DNA of 64,000 nucleotides from an uncultured Chthonomonadaceae bacterium (GTDB lineage: Bacteria; Armatimonadota; Chthonomonadetes; Chthonomonadales; Chthonomonadaceae), in assembly GCA_963835065.1 (NCBI GenBank), contig CAWIEK010000044.1:320001-384000 (forward strand), given 5' to 3'. The notes under the pieces were generated by a model. That model was not told the origin of the DNA. It saw only the letters and a list, made by a program, of their open reading frames with translations, and searched no databases. The position numbers and the translations under genes were made by a program. Shown here piece after piece: positions 38,281 through 48,895 of the stretch (position 1 is its first letter; the number at the start of each line of letters is the position of its first letter).

Positions 38281-40207
38281 TCAGCGCTTGGCTGTTTGCC
38301 ACGCGGAATGGAGCGGATGCACGGACAGGGATACCAGTCTGGCATTGCCGCCTTCCGCGTAGACGGCGAGGGATTTGTCTTTCGGGCGCGGCAGGAAGCA
38401 GCTTGTCAGGGACGCCTGCCCCTGATTGCCGAACACTTCCAGCGACGTTCGATCTACCAGCGCCCGCAAAATCACCCGGTTGTTTTGCAGTTTCAGGGGC
38501 GCGGTACGGCCCAGGCAGGCGACGGTTTGCGCTTTGGGGTCGTAGCGGATGTTTTCGCCGCGAACGCGCAGGCCGAACGCGGCGGCATCCCCAACCTCAA
38601 ATTCCGCCTGTATGTCCCACAACTCGCCCGATGTTTCGGAAAGCGGATTGTCGCCCGGTTTCAGCGTCAGGTTCTGCCATTTTTGCTCCTTGCCGTACAA
38701 ATGGGAGATTTCCTTGACGGGCTGGCGGAAGATGCGCAGGCCGTCCGGCGTTTCGTGGAGGGTCATCGCGCAGGGGTAACTCATCTGCTGGTTGAACGGC
38801 ATTTGTGGGTACGCGCCGCCCGCCATCCACGAGATTTGGATGCGCCTGCCGTCACTTGCGGGTATGTCGCTGAAGGTTTGCACGGCGTAATAGTTCGCGC
38901 CGTAATCCACTTGCAGGGGCGTTCCTTCATACGTAAACTTTTTGCCGTCGAACGCGCCGACAAGGTATTTGCCATTTGCCGCTGTAAACACCCACCGCTT
39001 CTCGTTCGGCTTGCCTTCTATGGGCATCTCGAAGAAGTCGGGGCACTCGCCGCAGCCGGGCGTGGTGAAGGTTTGCAGGCGGGTGTAGTGTTTCAAATCC
39101 GGGGAGGCGAAGAGGGCATAATCTTCCCTGTCCAGAAACAGCGCCATGATCCATTGATGCGAGGGCGCGTGCCATACCACTTTCGGGTCGCGGTCTTCGC
39201 CGATGATGTGCGGCAAAACGGGGTTGTCGGGGTATTTTGTCCACGTCCGGCCCCGATCCAGGCTGTACACGATGCGCTGCGAGAACGCCACGCCCTTTGA
39301 TTCCGGCGATGTGTTTCCGGCTGCCGTGTATGTGGCGACAATTGGTTTTTCACTCCCGGTTTGGAAGCCGCTCGTGTTGTTCCAGTCCACAACCGCCGAC
39401 CCGGACCAGATCGGGCCGTATTGATCCGGCACGATGGCGTTGGAAATCTGCTGCCAGTGGTTCATGTCTTTGCTGACCGCATGGCCCCACGACAGATTGC
39501 CCGACTGCAAGCCGAACGGGTTGTGCTGAAAAAACAGATGGTACTCGCCCTTGTAAAACACCATGCCGTTCGGGTCGTTGAGCCAGCCTTTTTGCGCCGA
39601 AAAGTGGAATTGCGGGCGATAGGTTTCCGCGTACAATCTCGTCGGTTTTGATTTCTTCGGCCTGCCGTTGGTCGCTCAGGGTGATCTCGTCTACATTGAT
39701 ATGCCCCCACCCACCCGTTGCGCGGTCTACGATTTCCAGCCGAACGGTTTGGCCTTCCAGTTCACGCACATCCCACGTTTGCCAGTCAAGGCGCTCAGTT
39801 CCTCCCGGCTGCCCGTTGGGGCCGGTGGCGGTGCGGACGATTTTGCCGTCCACAAGCAGGTTCATGCACGTTTCGCCGGGATGCTGACCGCCGCCCATCA
39901 AAAAACTGAGATAGTGGCGCGTGATGGTAAACGGCGGTGACGTGAGCGTTCCCGTTGCGGCATCATTCCCCGCAAACGAGTTGACCAGCCCATGCCCCAA
40001 AAATCCACTGACGGGCATCTGGCCGGGAAGGGTTCCCTGCGCCGGGCCGCTGCCGAAGGCGGTTCCGGTCGCCGTCCACCCGCCGTAATCCTTGCCCTCA
40101 AAATCGGCAATCACGACATCGGGGCGCTGCGGCGACTGGCTGCCAAGCAGCAGCAGCAGTGTTGCCGCGCCTGCCATCGCTTTTAATTTGCTTGCTTTGC
40201 TTGTCAT
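38281..40207 (-). CDS. GH32 beta-fructosidase/levanase with N-terminal accessory domain; frameshift near 39637
   Basis: WLNDPNG, WSGSA, RDPKV and ECPD catalytic motifs; N-terminal IADFE..WGHINVD domain and signal peptide. Confidence 0.92.
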
Positions 40208-40244
40208 GTGTTTTCTCATCAGTAATTTCAGGAGCCCCGTTGCT

Positions 40245-40381
40245 TTAGAGCCTATCCCACTTGGCCGGGTATTGAAAATACCCGGCAGGAAAGTGCAAGC
40301 GTCTTGCAGACGCAACTTCCAGAAAGCATGGGCGCGTTGGAAAGACGCTTGCTTTGTCCAGACAGGGGTTTTCAACCCCTG
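40245..40381. repeat. MITE/REP family copy
   Basis: ttagagcctatccca..ccgggtattgaaaatacccggcaggaaagtgcaagcgtcttgcagacgc plus a degenerate inverted arm. Confidence 0.8.
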
Positions 40382-40559
40382 CCAACCACACGGGCGCTAT
40401 TTCACAGCAAGCGTTGAAAGTACCCGGCAACAGACAGGAGACGCTCATTTCATAGCAGGCGTTTTATCTGCCGGGTTCTGCGCCGACTAAAACTATAGGA
40501 GTATAGCCGCTTTATTCGCGTTCATTCGCGTTTATTTGCGGCTATATTCCTCTTCGTGT

Positions 40560-42614
40560 CTACCAGATGCGAATCATGCTTGCGCTTGCAGCGCTTGTGT
40601 CTGCCGTGCCGCCACTGCTGAAGGCTTCGCGGAAGGCGGGCGTGTTTGCCAGTGGGCCGAATACGCGCCAGCGGTTGGGCGAGTGCGGGTCGGTTTGGGC
40701 GAGCAGGCGAACGCGCTCCGGCGTGAGTTTGGAGCGCCATATCTGGCCGAAGGCGAGGAAAAACCGCTGTTCGGGCGTGAAGCCGTCAATCAGGGCGGGG
40801 CGCGGCTTGCCTGCCAATGTTTTTTCCAGCGCGAGATAGGCGACGGTCAGGCCACCTAAATCCGCGATGTTTTCGCCTAATGTCAGTTTGCCGTTGACGT
40901 GCAGGTCGTCAATGGCGATGTAGTTGCTGTATTGGTTGGCAAGGGCGGTGCTGCGCTCGGTAAACCGTTTGGCGTCTTCGGGCGTCCACCAGTCTTTTAG
41001 ATTGCCTTCCGCGTCGAACTGCCGGCCTGAATCGTCAAAGCCGTGCGTCATTTCGTGCCCGATGACCGCGCCGATACCGCCGTAATTGCTGGCGTCGTCC
41101 GCTTTCGGGTCGAAGAACGGCGGCTGCAAAATGCCTGCCGGGAACACGATCTCGTTCATGCTCGGATTGTAATAGGCGTTCACGGTGGGCGGCGTCATGC
41201 CCCACTCGTCGCGGTCTACCGGCTTGCCGATCTTGTCCAGGCGGCGCTGGAACTCGAACTCGCTGGCGCGAAAAACGTTCTGCGCGTAGGAGTCGGAGCC
41301 GACTTTCAGGGCGGAATAATCGCGCCACTTGTCGGGGTAGCCGATCTTGATGCGAATGGCGTCCAGTTTGCGCACGGCCTGTACGCGGGTTTCGTCGCCC
41401 ATCCATTCCAGGGTTTGCAGGCGTTCGCGCAGGACGCCTTTCAGGTTTTGCACCAGTTCAAGGGCGCGTTGTTTGGCTTCGGGCGAAAACGCCTGCGCCA
41501 CGTACAGTTGTCCCAACGCTTCGCCAAGCGCGCGGTCGGTGGTCGCCAGTACGCGCTTCCAGCGAACCGCAAGTTGCTTTTGCCCCGTGAACGCGCGGTT
41601 GAAAGCGAAATCTTCTTCCACAAACGGGCGGCTCAGATAGGGCGAGGCCGTCCGCAGCAGATGCCAATTCAGGTACGTTTTCCACTGGTCGAGCGGCACA
41701 TCCGCAAGCATGGTTCCGAATTCCGCAAAGAACGCGGGCTGGCTGACGTTGAGCGGGCCGGGGTCGGCTTTGCCGAGCGTGACGAAGTAGCGCGTCCATT
41801 CGATGTTGGGCGTCTGCGCTTTCAATTCTTCGGGCGTCATTTTGTGGTAGGTGGCATTGGGGTTGCGCATTTCGACGCGGGGCATGGACACTTTCGCCAG
41901 CCGGGTTTCTAAGCGCGAGAATGTTGGCCGCCTGCGCGTCGGCATTGGCTTTGGGCGTCCCGACAAGCGACGAGCGTTCGGGCGATATGGGCGACATACT
42001 GCTGCCGAATCTCTTTGGATTTGGCGTCGTCGCGCAGATAGTAGTCGCGCTCCGGCAGACCAAGCCCGCCCTGCGACAGATTGAGGATTTGGGAGGCGCT
42101 GTCTTTGGCGTCCTGCCGCACCCCCGCGCCAAAACTCGCGCTTACGCCCATCGCGGTGCAGCCGCGCGATTTCGTCAAGGAGCATCCCCTTGTCCTGAAT
42201 TGCCATGATGCGCTGCAATTCGGGTTCGAGAGGCGTCGCGCCAAGCCGGTTGGCAAGCGCTTCGTCCATGCCCACGCGGTAGAACTCGCCCACTTTGCGG
42301 GTCGGGCTGTCGGCGGGCGCGTTGTGGTCGCGGGCCGCTTTTTCCGCAGCGGCATGGGAAATCTTCTGGTTGCGCTCGAAGACTTCCTGAAACACGCCGG
42401 TTCCGGTCAGGTCGGCGGGAATGGTGGCTTTTTCCAGCCACTTGCCGTTGGCATACTGAAAGAAGTCTGTGGTGGGATTGACGCTGCGGTCAATGATGGT
42501 CGGGTCAATGCCGTGATGCTCGCCCGCCCGAACCGCAGAGGGCAGGGTAAGACAGGCTGCCAGTCCCAATGTAAGCCCTAAACGTGAAGGCCGCGAATCG
42601 AAATGAAAAACCAT
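40560..42614 (-). CDS. M13-family metallopeptidase (PepO/neprilysin-like); compensating internal frameshifts at about 41900-42150
   Basis: DFFQYANGKW, VNAYY, HEMTH, GENIAD, DPHSP. Confidence 0.93.
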   Translation of the reverse strand: MVFHFDSRPSRLGLTLGLAACLTLPSAVRAGEHHGIDPTIIDRSVNPTTDFFQYANGKWLEKATIPADLTGTGVFQEVFERNQKISHAAAEKAARDHNAPADSPTRKVGEFYRVGMDEALANRLGATPLEPELQRIMAIQDKGMLLDEIARLHRDGRKREFWRGGAAGRQRQRLPNPQSVAGRAWSAGARLLSARRRQIQRDSAAVCRPYRPNARRLSGRPKPMPTRRRPTFSRLETRLAKVSMPRVEMRNPNATYHKMTPEELKAQTPNIEWTRYFVTLGKADPGPLNVSQPAFFAEFGTMLADVPLDQWKTYLNWHLLRTASPYLSRPFVEEDFAFNRAFTGQKQLAVRWKRVLATTDRALGEALGQLYVAQAFSPEAKQRALELVQNLKGVLRERLQTLEWMGDETRVQAVRKLDAIRIKIGYPDKWRDYSALKVGSDSYAQNVFRASEFEFQRRLDKIGKPVDRDEWGMTPPTVNAYYNPSMNEIVFPAGILQPPFFDPKADDASNYGGIGAVIGHEMTHGFDDSGRQFDAEGNLKDWWTPEDAKRFTERSTALANQYSNYIAIDDLHVNGKLTLGENIADLGGLTVAYLALEKTLAGKPRPALIDGFTPEQRFFLAFGQIWRSKLTPERVRLLAQTDPHSPNRWRVFGPLANTPAFREAFSSGGTADTSAASASMIRIW

Positions 42615-42681
42615 GTTCCATCCTCAACTGAAAAGTGAATGTTCGCCGTTGAAATTCGGGGATTGTCCGTCGCAGGGCGTT

Positions 42682-42780
42682 TAAGAACCTATCCCAACAG
42701 GCCGGGTATTGAAAATACCCGGCAGGAAAGTACAAGCGTCTTACAGACGCAAATGCCGCGCCTATTGGGATAGGTTCTAA
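42682..42780. mobile_element. about 98-bp MITE with 14-bp TIRs enclosing a REP hairpin pair
   Basis: AGAACCTATCCCAA / TTGGGATAGGTTCT; interior ccgggtattgaaaatacccgg and gcgtcttacagacgc. Confidence 0.8.
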
Positions 42781-42879
42781 GCCACCTCGCAACAATGCTC
42801 TTCCCTATTATACACGACGGCTGATGTATTGGCACACCAAGACAAGGATGAAGGATGAAGGATGAGAATAGGTAGAAAA

Positions 42880-43110
42880 AGAAAAGAGTATGTAGAGTCA
42901 TCGTCGAAATCTTGGCAATACAGCGCTTCCAGCCCGATGTCTCGTTGTGTCTGATTGTAGGGGTGAGGCGTCGTGACCTCGTAAGCGTCAGGGCGAACGG
43001 GAGGGGTGGGGACATAGGCTTGCACCTCCCTTCCTGTATGTAACGTCTGAAAAGTAGACGTTTGTTACCTATTAGACGGCTGTATCGGGCAAAGGGTTCG
43101 TTTTTTCGCG
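42880..43110 (-). ncRNA. copy 3 of the dispersed ECF-promoter cassette
   Basis: CGAACC (43100-43095)-N16-CGTCTAA (43078-43072); SD 43030-43025; ATG 43015; core 42995-42888. Confidence 0.55.
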
Positions 43111-43125
43111 TTAGGCGGTGCAAGT

Positions 43126-43257
43126 GCAAGGGAATAAATTCCCTCGCTACGCGGCGTACCGCCGAAGCGTCCTTCGGACGCAAGGCTCTGATAACAGACT
43201 CTCCTGTCCGAAGGACAGTCCGCCGCAGGCGCGTAGCGAGGGAATTTATTCCCTTGC
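43126..43257. repeat. REP doublet
   Basis: gcaagggaataaattccctcgctacgc mirrored by gcgtagcgagggaatttattcccttgc, with internal gcgtccttcggacgc and tgtccgaaggaca. Confidence 0.88.
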
Positions 43258-43291
43258 CCCACACGCACTGCACAACAACTCTGTTAAACTT

Positions 43292-43478
43292 GCGTTAGGG
43301 CGACGCACTGAAGTGCTTCGCTGTAGGGCGTTCCGCCCAATGTCCTGCGGACATAATCCTCTCGTTGAGAGATGGCATATTCCATAATACAGCCATGCCA
43401 GCCTGAGAGACAAGCGTGTCCGAAGGACACTGGGCCGCAGGCCATACAGCGAAGCACTTCAGTGCGTCGCCCCAACGC
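43292..43478. repeat. REP doublet
   Basis: gggcgacgcactgaagtgcttcgctgta mirrored by tacagcgaagcacttcagtgcgtcgccc. Confidence 0.88.
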
Positions 43479-43485
43479 GCCGACG

Positions 43486-46400
43486 CTACGCCGACTGCTC
43501 GAGCAAGCAGAAGAGCATACGTCTCTTGAAGTTCCGGCTTTGCGGCTAAAAAGGCTCTGAGCATCCTCCGCGCGTTCCTGATTGATCAAGCATCGTCAGA
43601 AAGTTGCCGAGAACTGTAATCGTGTTCGGATGACGCGGCCCTAAACTGACAACAAGAATGTCCAACGTCTGTACATACAGTGGTTCGGCTTCTGCATAGC
43701 GGCCTTGTGACTTATACAACCACGCTAGATTATTGAGAGCGGTAGCTGTACTCAGATGCTGTTCCCCATAAACAACCTGTCCGAATCTTCAATGATTGTT
43801 GATACAGCGGTTCGGCCTCAGCATAGCGGCCTTGTGACTGGTACAACCCTGCCAGATTGTTGAGGCTGGTGGCAATGTCAGGATGGTTCTCGTCCGGCAA
43901 TGCTGTGCGCATAAATGTCCAACGCTTGTAAAAACAACGGTTCGGCTTCGGCATAGCGGCCTTGTGACTGATACAACCCCGCCAGATTGTTGAGGCTGGT
44001 GGCAAGTCAGGATGGCTGTTCGCCATACGCTTGACGCAGAATGTCCAACGCCTGTATGTACAGCGGTTCGGCCTCAGCATAGCGGCCTTGCGACTGGTAC
44101 AACACCGCCAGATTGTTGAGGCTGTGTGGCAATGTCAGGATGGTCTTCCGCCAACGCTGTGCGCCGAATGTCCAACGCCTGTTTGTACAGCGGTTCGGCC
44201 TCAGCATAGCGGCCTTGCGCCTCGTACAACCCCGCCAGATTGTTGAGGCTAGTGGCAACATGCGGATGGTTGTTCGCCATAGGCTTGACGGACAATTTCC
44301 AACGCCTGTATGTACAGCGGTTCGGCCTCAGCATAGCGGCCTTGTGACTGGTACAACCCTGCCAGATTGTTGAGGCTGGTGGCAATGTCAGGATGGCCGT
44401 CCGGCAACGCTGTGCGCAGAATGTCCAACGCCTGTATGTACAGCGGTTCGGCATCGGCATAGCGACCTTGTAACTGGTACAACTCTGCCAGATTATTGAG
44501 GCTGGTGGCAAGGCTTGGATGGTTTTCTCCCAATGTCACACGATCAATGTCCAACGCCTGTATGTATAGCGGTTCGGCCTCGGCATAGCGGCCTTGTGAC
44601 TGGTACAAATCCGCCAGATTGTTGAGGCTTTGGGCAATTTCAGGATGGTCGTCCGGCAGCGCTGTGCGCCGAATGTCCAGCGAGCGGGTGTACAGAAACG
44701 TTCCCTCGGCCCAGAGCGCCTGACGATGCACAAAATGGATCAGCCAATCGGCAATATCGCCACTGGATTCCGTATCTTGGAGTTCCGGCGCAATATCGGC
44801 TGCGGATACGGCGTGACGCCATGCTGATTCCAGTCGCGCTCGTTTCTCGCCGTCCTCTGTGTTTTCGATGCCGCCGTTTTCCTGCACAATCTGCCGGTAA
44901 TAGGCGACGAAATGACGCTGCTGTTCTTGTTCTGCATCTATTTTGTGCAGGCGCTTGCGGGCGTATTCGCGGGTGGGGTGCAGCAGGGAATACAGGCTGT
45001 GTCCGTCGTGGGCGGTATACACGAGCAGGGACGCTTCCTGCAAGGCATCAAGGTGTTCCGGCGTGACGGCGGGAAAACAGGCCGTGATTTCTGCGGGGGC
45101 GCAGTCGTTGGCAAACAGGCTGCACAGCGCGAACGCGGTTTGCTCTGCCTCATTCAGCAGGTTCCATGACCAGTCGTAGCATTTTTCCAGCGCGTCATGC
45201 CGCCATTCCGGGTCGTCCATGTCCCGCTCTTCTCTGGAGTCGGTCATTTCGCCCAGAACCGCTTTGCTAAGGCTTGCGGCGATTTCCGGCAGGGTTCGGT
45301 TCTTGATTCGCGCCGCCGCCAGTTCAATTGCAAGCGGAATGTTTGCGGTGACGCGCAGGATGGTGGCAATTGCCGCGTTGTCCGCTTCCGAAGGCGTCCA
45401 TGCGAAATCAGTTTTGCGTTCGCGGATGCGGGCAATCAGCAGGTCGCGCCCTTCCTTGTCTTCCAGCCCGAACACGTCTTTCGGCAACTCTACGCGATCC
45501 AATTCTACCGAACCGCGCCCGGTGACGAGGATATGCAGGAGGGGGTTGGTTGTCAGCAGTTTCTCTATGAGCCGCTTTGCCGGGCCGCATTTCACCGTCT
45601 CGTAGTTGTCGAGGAGGAGCAGCAGGGAAACGTTGTTGGGCAGGCTGTGGGGCAGATTGTCCGGGGCAGCGGCTTCGCCTTCCAATTGGAACGCTTCGGC
45701 AATGCGCCCTGCCAGAAAATCGCGCTTCGCCGCGTCGTTCATGGTGTTCGATACGCCGAGTGTATCGAGTTCCACGCAGTACAGCCGTCCCGCAAAGATG
45801 CCGACGGCCTGAACGCAGCACTGCATGGCAAGGCGCGTTTTGCCCATGCCGCCAAACCCGTGCAGCGTGACGAGCCGGTACAGGAACCCGGAAGGCATTC
45901 GGGTTTGAAACAAATTGAGAATGGCGGTTTCCAATTTGGGGCGCGGCACATAGCGGTTCAGCTCCTGAAACCACGCGGGCAGGAATTGCGAACCCGGCTC
46001 CCGGCTTGTCCAGCCCTCGTACAGCAGTTCGTGCAGGATTTGCGGGGCTTCCTCGAAACTCTTGATGCGCCGGTTCTGCCATTCCTGCCACTGCCAGCGC
46101 TTGTCGTCGCTCTGCCGGTGTCCGTTGGCAGACAGCACGATTTGCCCGCCATGCGCCACGCTCATAATCCGCGCCGCGTAAATCACGTCCTCGTATTGCA
46201 GATACAATCCCTTCGCGTCGGGCGTGACCTGCATTTCGGAGGTATGGACGCCGATACGCGCTGACAGCGCCCATTCCCTGCCGTCCCGGTCGGTGTGCGT
46301 GATTGTCGGCAGGGCGTTTTGGATGGCAATGGCACATTCCAGCGCGTCGTTGACACCGGTAAACGCCGCCATGATGCTGTCCCCGGCAGGCGAGCCGGAG

Positions 46401-46576
46401 ATGCGCCCCCGATGCACCGCCTCCACAAGCCTTTTGATTTCCGCGAACTGCGGCTGCAGCAATTGCAGGCTGTAATGCTGATACGGCAGGGCGCGGGCGG
46501 CTTGTGTTGAGCCGACAATATCGGTAAACAGGAACGTGACAATGCCTTGCGGATAGGGAACACGTTTGTCAGGCAT
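43486..46576 (-). CDS. class III nucleotidyl cyclase-like, STAND (NB-ARC-like) NTPase and TPR-array protein; many frameshifts in the TPR region
   Basis: VTFLFTDIVGST..GDS..RIGVHT..AARIMS; Walker A GFGGMGKT, Walker B LLLLDNYE, IPLAIELAAAR; about eight 42-aa repeats HPDIATSLNNLAGLYQSQGRYAEAEPLY. The 3' end is approximate. Confidence 0.85.
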
Positions 46577-46597
46577 ACTCTTGCTTTCTTTTGGAAT

Positions 46598-46754
46598 TAT
46601 TTCACCACCAAGACGCCAAGAACACCAAGAGAAAAGAAGAAAAGAAGAAAAGAAGAAGAGAAGAAGAGAAGAAGAGAAGACATATTGCAGTCAACCGTAA
46701 TCGAAGTCTTTCTGTTTGCATTTCTTGGTGTTCTTGGCGTCTTGGTGGTGAATA
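46598..46754. repeat. long inverted repeat with 9-mer subrepeats
   Basis: ttcaccaccaagacgccaagaacaccaaga mirrored by tcttggtgttcttggcgtcttggtggtgaa, with a GAA-rich interior. Confidence 0.88.
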
Positions 46755-46815
46755 TGTTATTGTATCAAGATAATTCAAGAAGAAGAGCGGTGTTTCCTGC
46801 AAGGCATTGCCTGTG

Positions 46816-46970
46816 CCGGGTATTGAAAACGCTTGCTGTGAAATACTGGCCGGAGATTGAAAATCCCCGGCAGGAAAGTGCAAGCGTCTTACAGACGCGA
46901 TTCTCTACTATCAAGATTCCTGCGTCCACAAGACGCTTGTTTTGTCCAGCCGGGGATTTTCAATCTCCGC
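46816..46970. repeat. REP doublet (same family as 35000)
   Basis: cggagattgaaaatccccggcaggaaagtgcaagcgtcttacagacgc mirrored by gcgtccacaagacgcttg..ccggggattttcaatctccg. Confidence 0.85.
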
Positions 46971-47096
46971 GCACAGGGAATGCCTTATATTTGAATCGCA
47001 CCCAAATACCCGGCAGTCGGAAGGATTCGCAATGCCGCGCAGGGAATAAGGCCGTATCTGCGTTTGAAGACGACAAGCCTTTATGAAAAAACCGCT

Positions 47097-48895
47097 ATGA
47101 ACAAACTTATTCTGCTTATTTTGCTGATGGGAACCGCTATGCTGCCTTCCGCTCACGGGGATACGCCCGCTGTCACGCCTGCTATTTCGTCCGTTCTGCC
47201 GCCACCCGTTGCTGATCTTGCCGACAAGACAGTGGTGGATACCCGCGTTCGGCGGTATGTCACGCCGACGCGCCTTGTCTGGCAGTCGCATGAGAACGGC
47301 GCAAGGGTGGAAACGCCGGAAAAACTGCTGCAAGCCGGAAGCGGGCAGGTGACATTGAGCGCCCCGGCAAGCTGCGTGCTGCGCAACGAGGGCAAAATTC
47401 CGGGGATATTGCTTGATTTCGGGCGCGAGTTGCAGGGCGGGGTACAGATTGCCGTTCAGGATTTGAAGGCGGTGGGCAGTAATGGCAAAACGGTTCGGCT
47501 GCGGGTGCGGTTTGGCGAGTCGGTCAGCGAGGCGATGAGCGAGTTGGGGGAGAAAGGGTCGCAGACGGATCATGCCACGCGGGATCAGATTTGTCAGGCT
47601 CCCTGGCTCGGCACGGTGGAAGTCGGCAACACGGGCTTCCGCTTTGTCCGCATTGATCTCGTAGAACCGGGAGCCATGCTCGCCCTGAAATCCGTACGGG
47701 CAGTGTTTTTGTACCGCGATCTGCCGTATCTCGGCTCGTTCCGGTGCAGCGACGAGCGCTTAAACCGCATCTGGCAGACGGGCGCGTATACGGTTCATCT
47801 TAACATGCAGGATTATTTGTGGGACGGCATCAAGCGCGACCGGCTGGTGTGGATCGGCGACATGCACCCGGAAACGAGTACCATCAGCGCGGTGTTCGGG
47901 AACGTAGACATTGTGCCGCGCAGCTTGGACTTGATTCGCAACGAGACGCCGCCCGGCCAGTGGATGAACGGCATCAGTTCGTACTCGCTGTGGTGGATCA
48001 TCATTCAGCAGGACTGGTATCGGCACAACGGCGACCTGGCCTATTTGCGCCAACAGCAGCCCTATCTGACCGCGCTTGTACAGGAATTGCAAAAGCACAT
48101 CGGCGCGAATAACGAGGAAACCCTGCCCGAAGGCCGCTTTCTGGATTGGCCGTCGAGCGAAAACAAGCCCGCCATTCACGCCGGACTTCACGCCCTGCTC
48201 GTCCTTGCCTTTCAAGCGGGCGCGGAAATGTGCCATGCGCTTGGCGATGATGCAACGCGGCAGCAGTGCCTTGACGCCGTGACCCGCCTGCGCAAGCACG
48301 TTCCCGACCCGAACCACAGCAAGCAGGCGGCGGCATTGATGGCATTGGCCGGATTGGGCGACGCAAAACGCTGAACCATGACGTTCTGGCGGTAGACGGA
48401 GCCAAACGGCTGTCCACGTTCTACGGCTATTACGTCTTGCAGGCGCGGGCCAAAGCCGGGGATGTGCAGGGCTGCCTGGACGCCATACGGCAATACTGGG
48501 GCGGGATGCTGGATATGGGCGCGACCACGTTTTGGGAAGACTTCAATCTGGATTGGATGGTCAACGCGGGGCGTATTGACGAACTGCCCGTTGCCGGCAA
48601 GAAGGACATACACGGCGATTACGGCGCGTACTGCTACGTCGGCTTTCGGCACAGCCTGTGTCACGGCTGGGCGTCCGGGCCGACGCCCTGGCTGAGTGAA
48701 CACGTTTTGGGCGTTCAGATTATGGAACCCGGCTGCAAAACCCTCAAAATCACGCCGCACTTAGGCGACCTGCAATGGGCGGAAGGCGCGTTCCCAACTC
48801 CGCTCGGCGTGGTCAATATCCGCCACGACAAACAGCCGGATGGCAGCGTCAAGTCGAAGGTAGACGCGCCGCCGGGTGTTAAGGTTGTAAAATGA
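47097..48895 (+). CDS. GH78 alpha-L-rhamnosidase; frameshift near 48370
   Basis: LLDFGRELQG, GFRFVRI, WDGIKRDRLVWIGD, GATTFWE, SLCHGWASGP. Confidence 0.9.

Noticed and set aside
42689..43273. 194-aa ORF spanning cassette copy 3
   Set aside because: It reads through a REP doublet, the promoter, a heptamer array and a MITE; only the part from ATG 43015 has an SD, and that part is discussed as a finding.
43600..44700. 126-bp tandem repeats as a CRISPR or guide-RNA array
   Set aside because: They translate into TPR motifs of the STAND protein.
46547..47086. 179-aa ORF with KKRRKEEE low-complexity tract
   Set aside because: Translation of intergenic inverted repeats and REP units.
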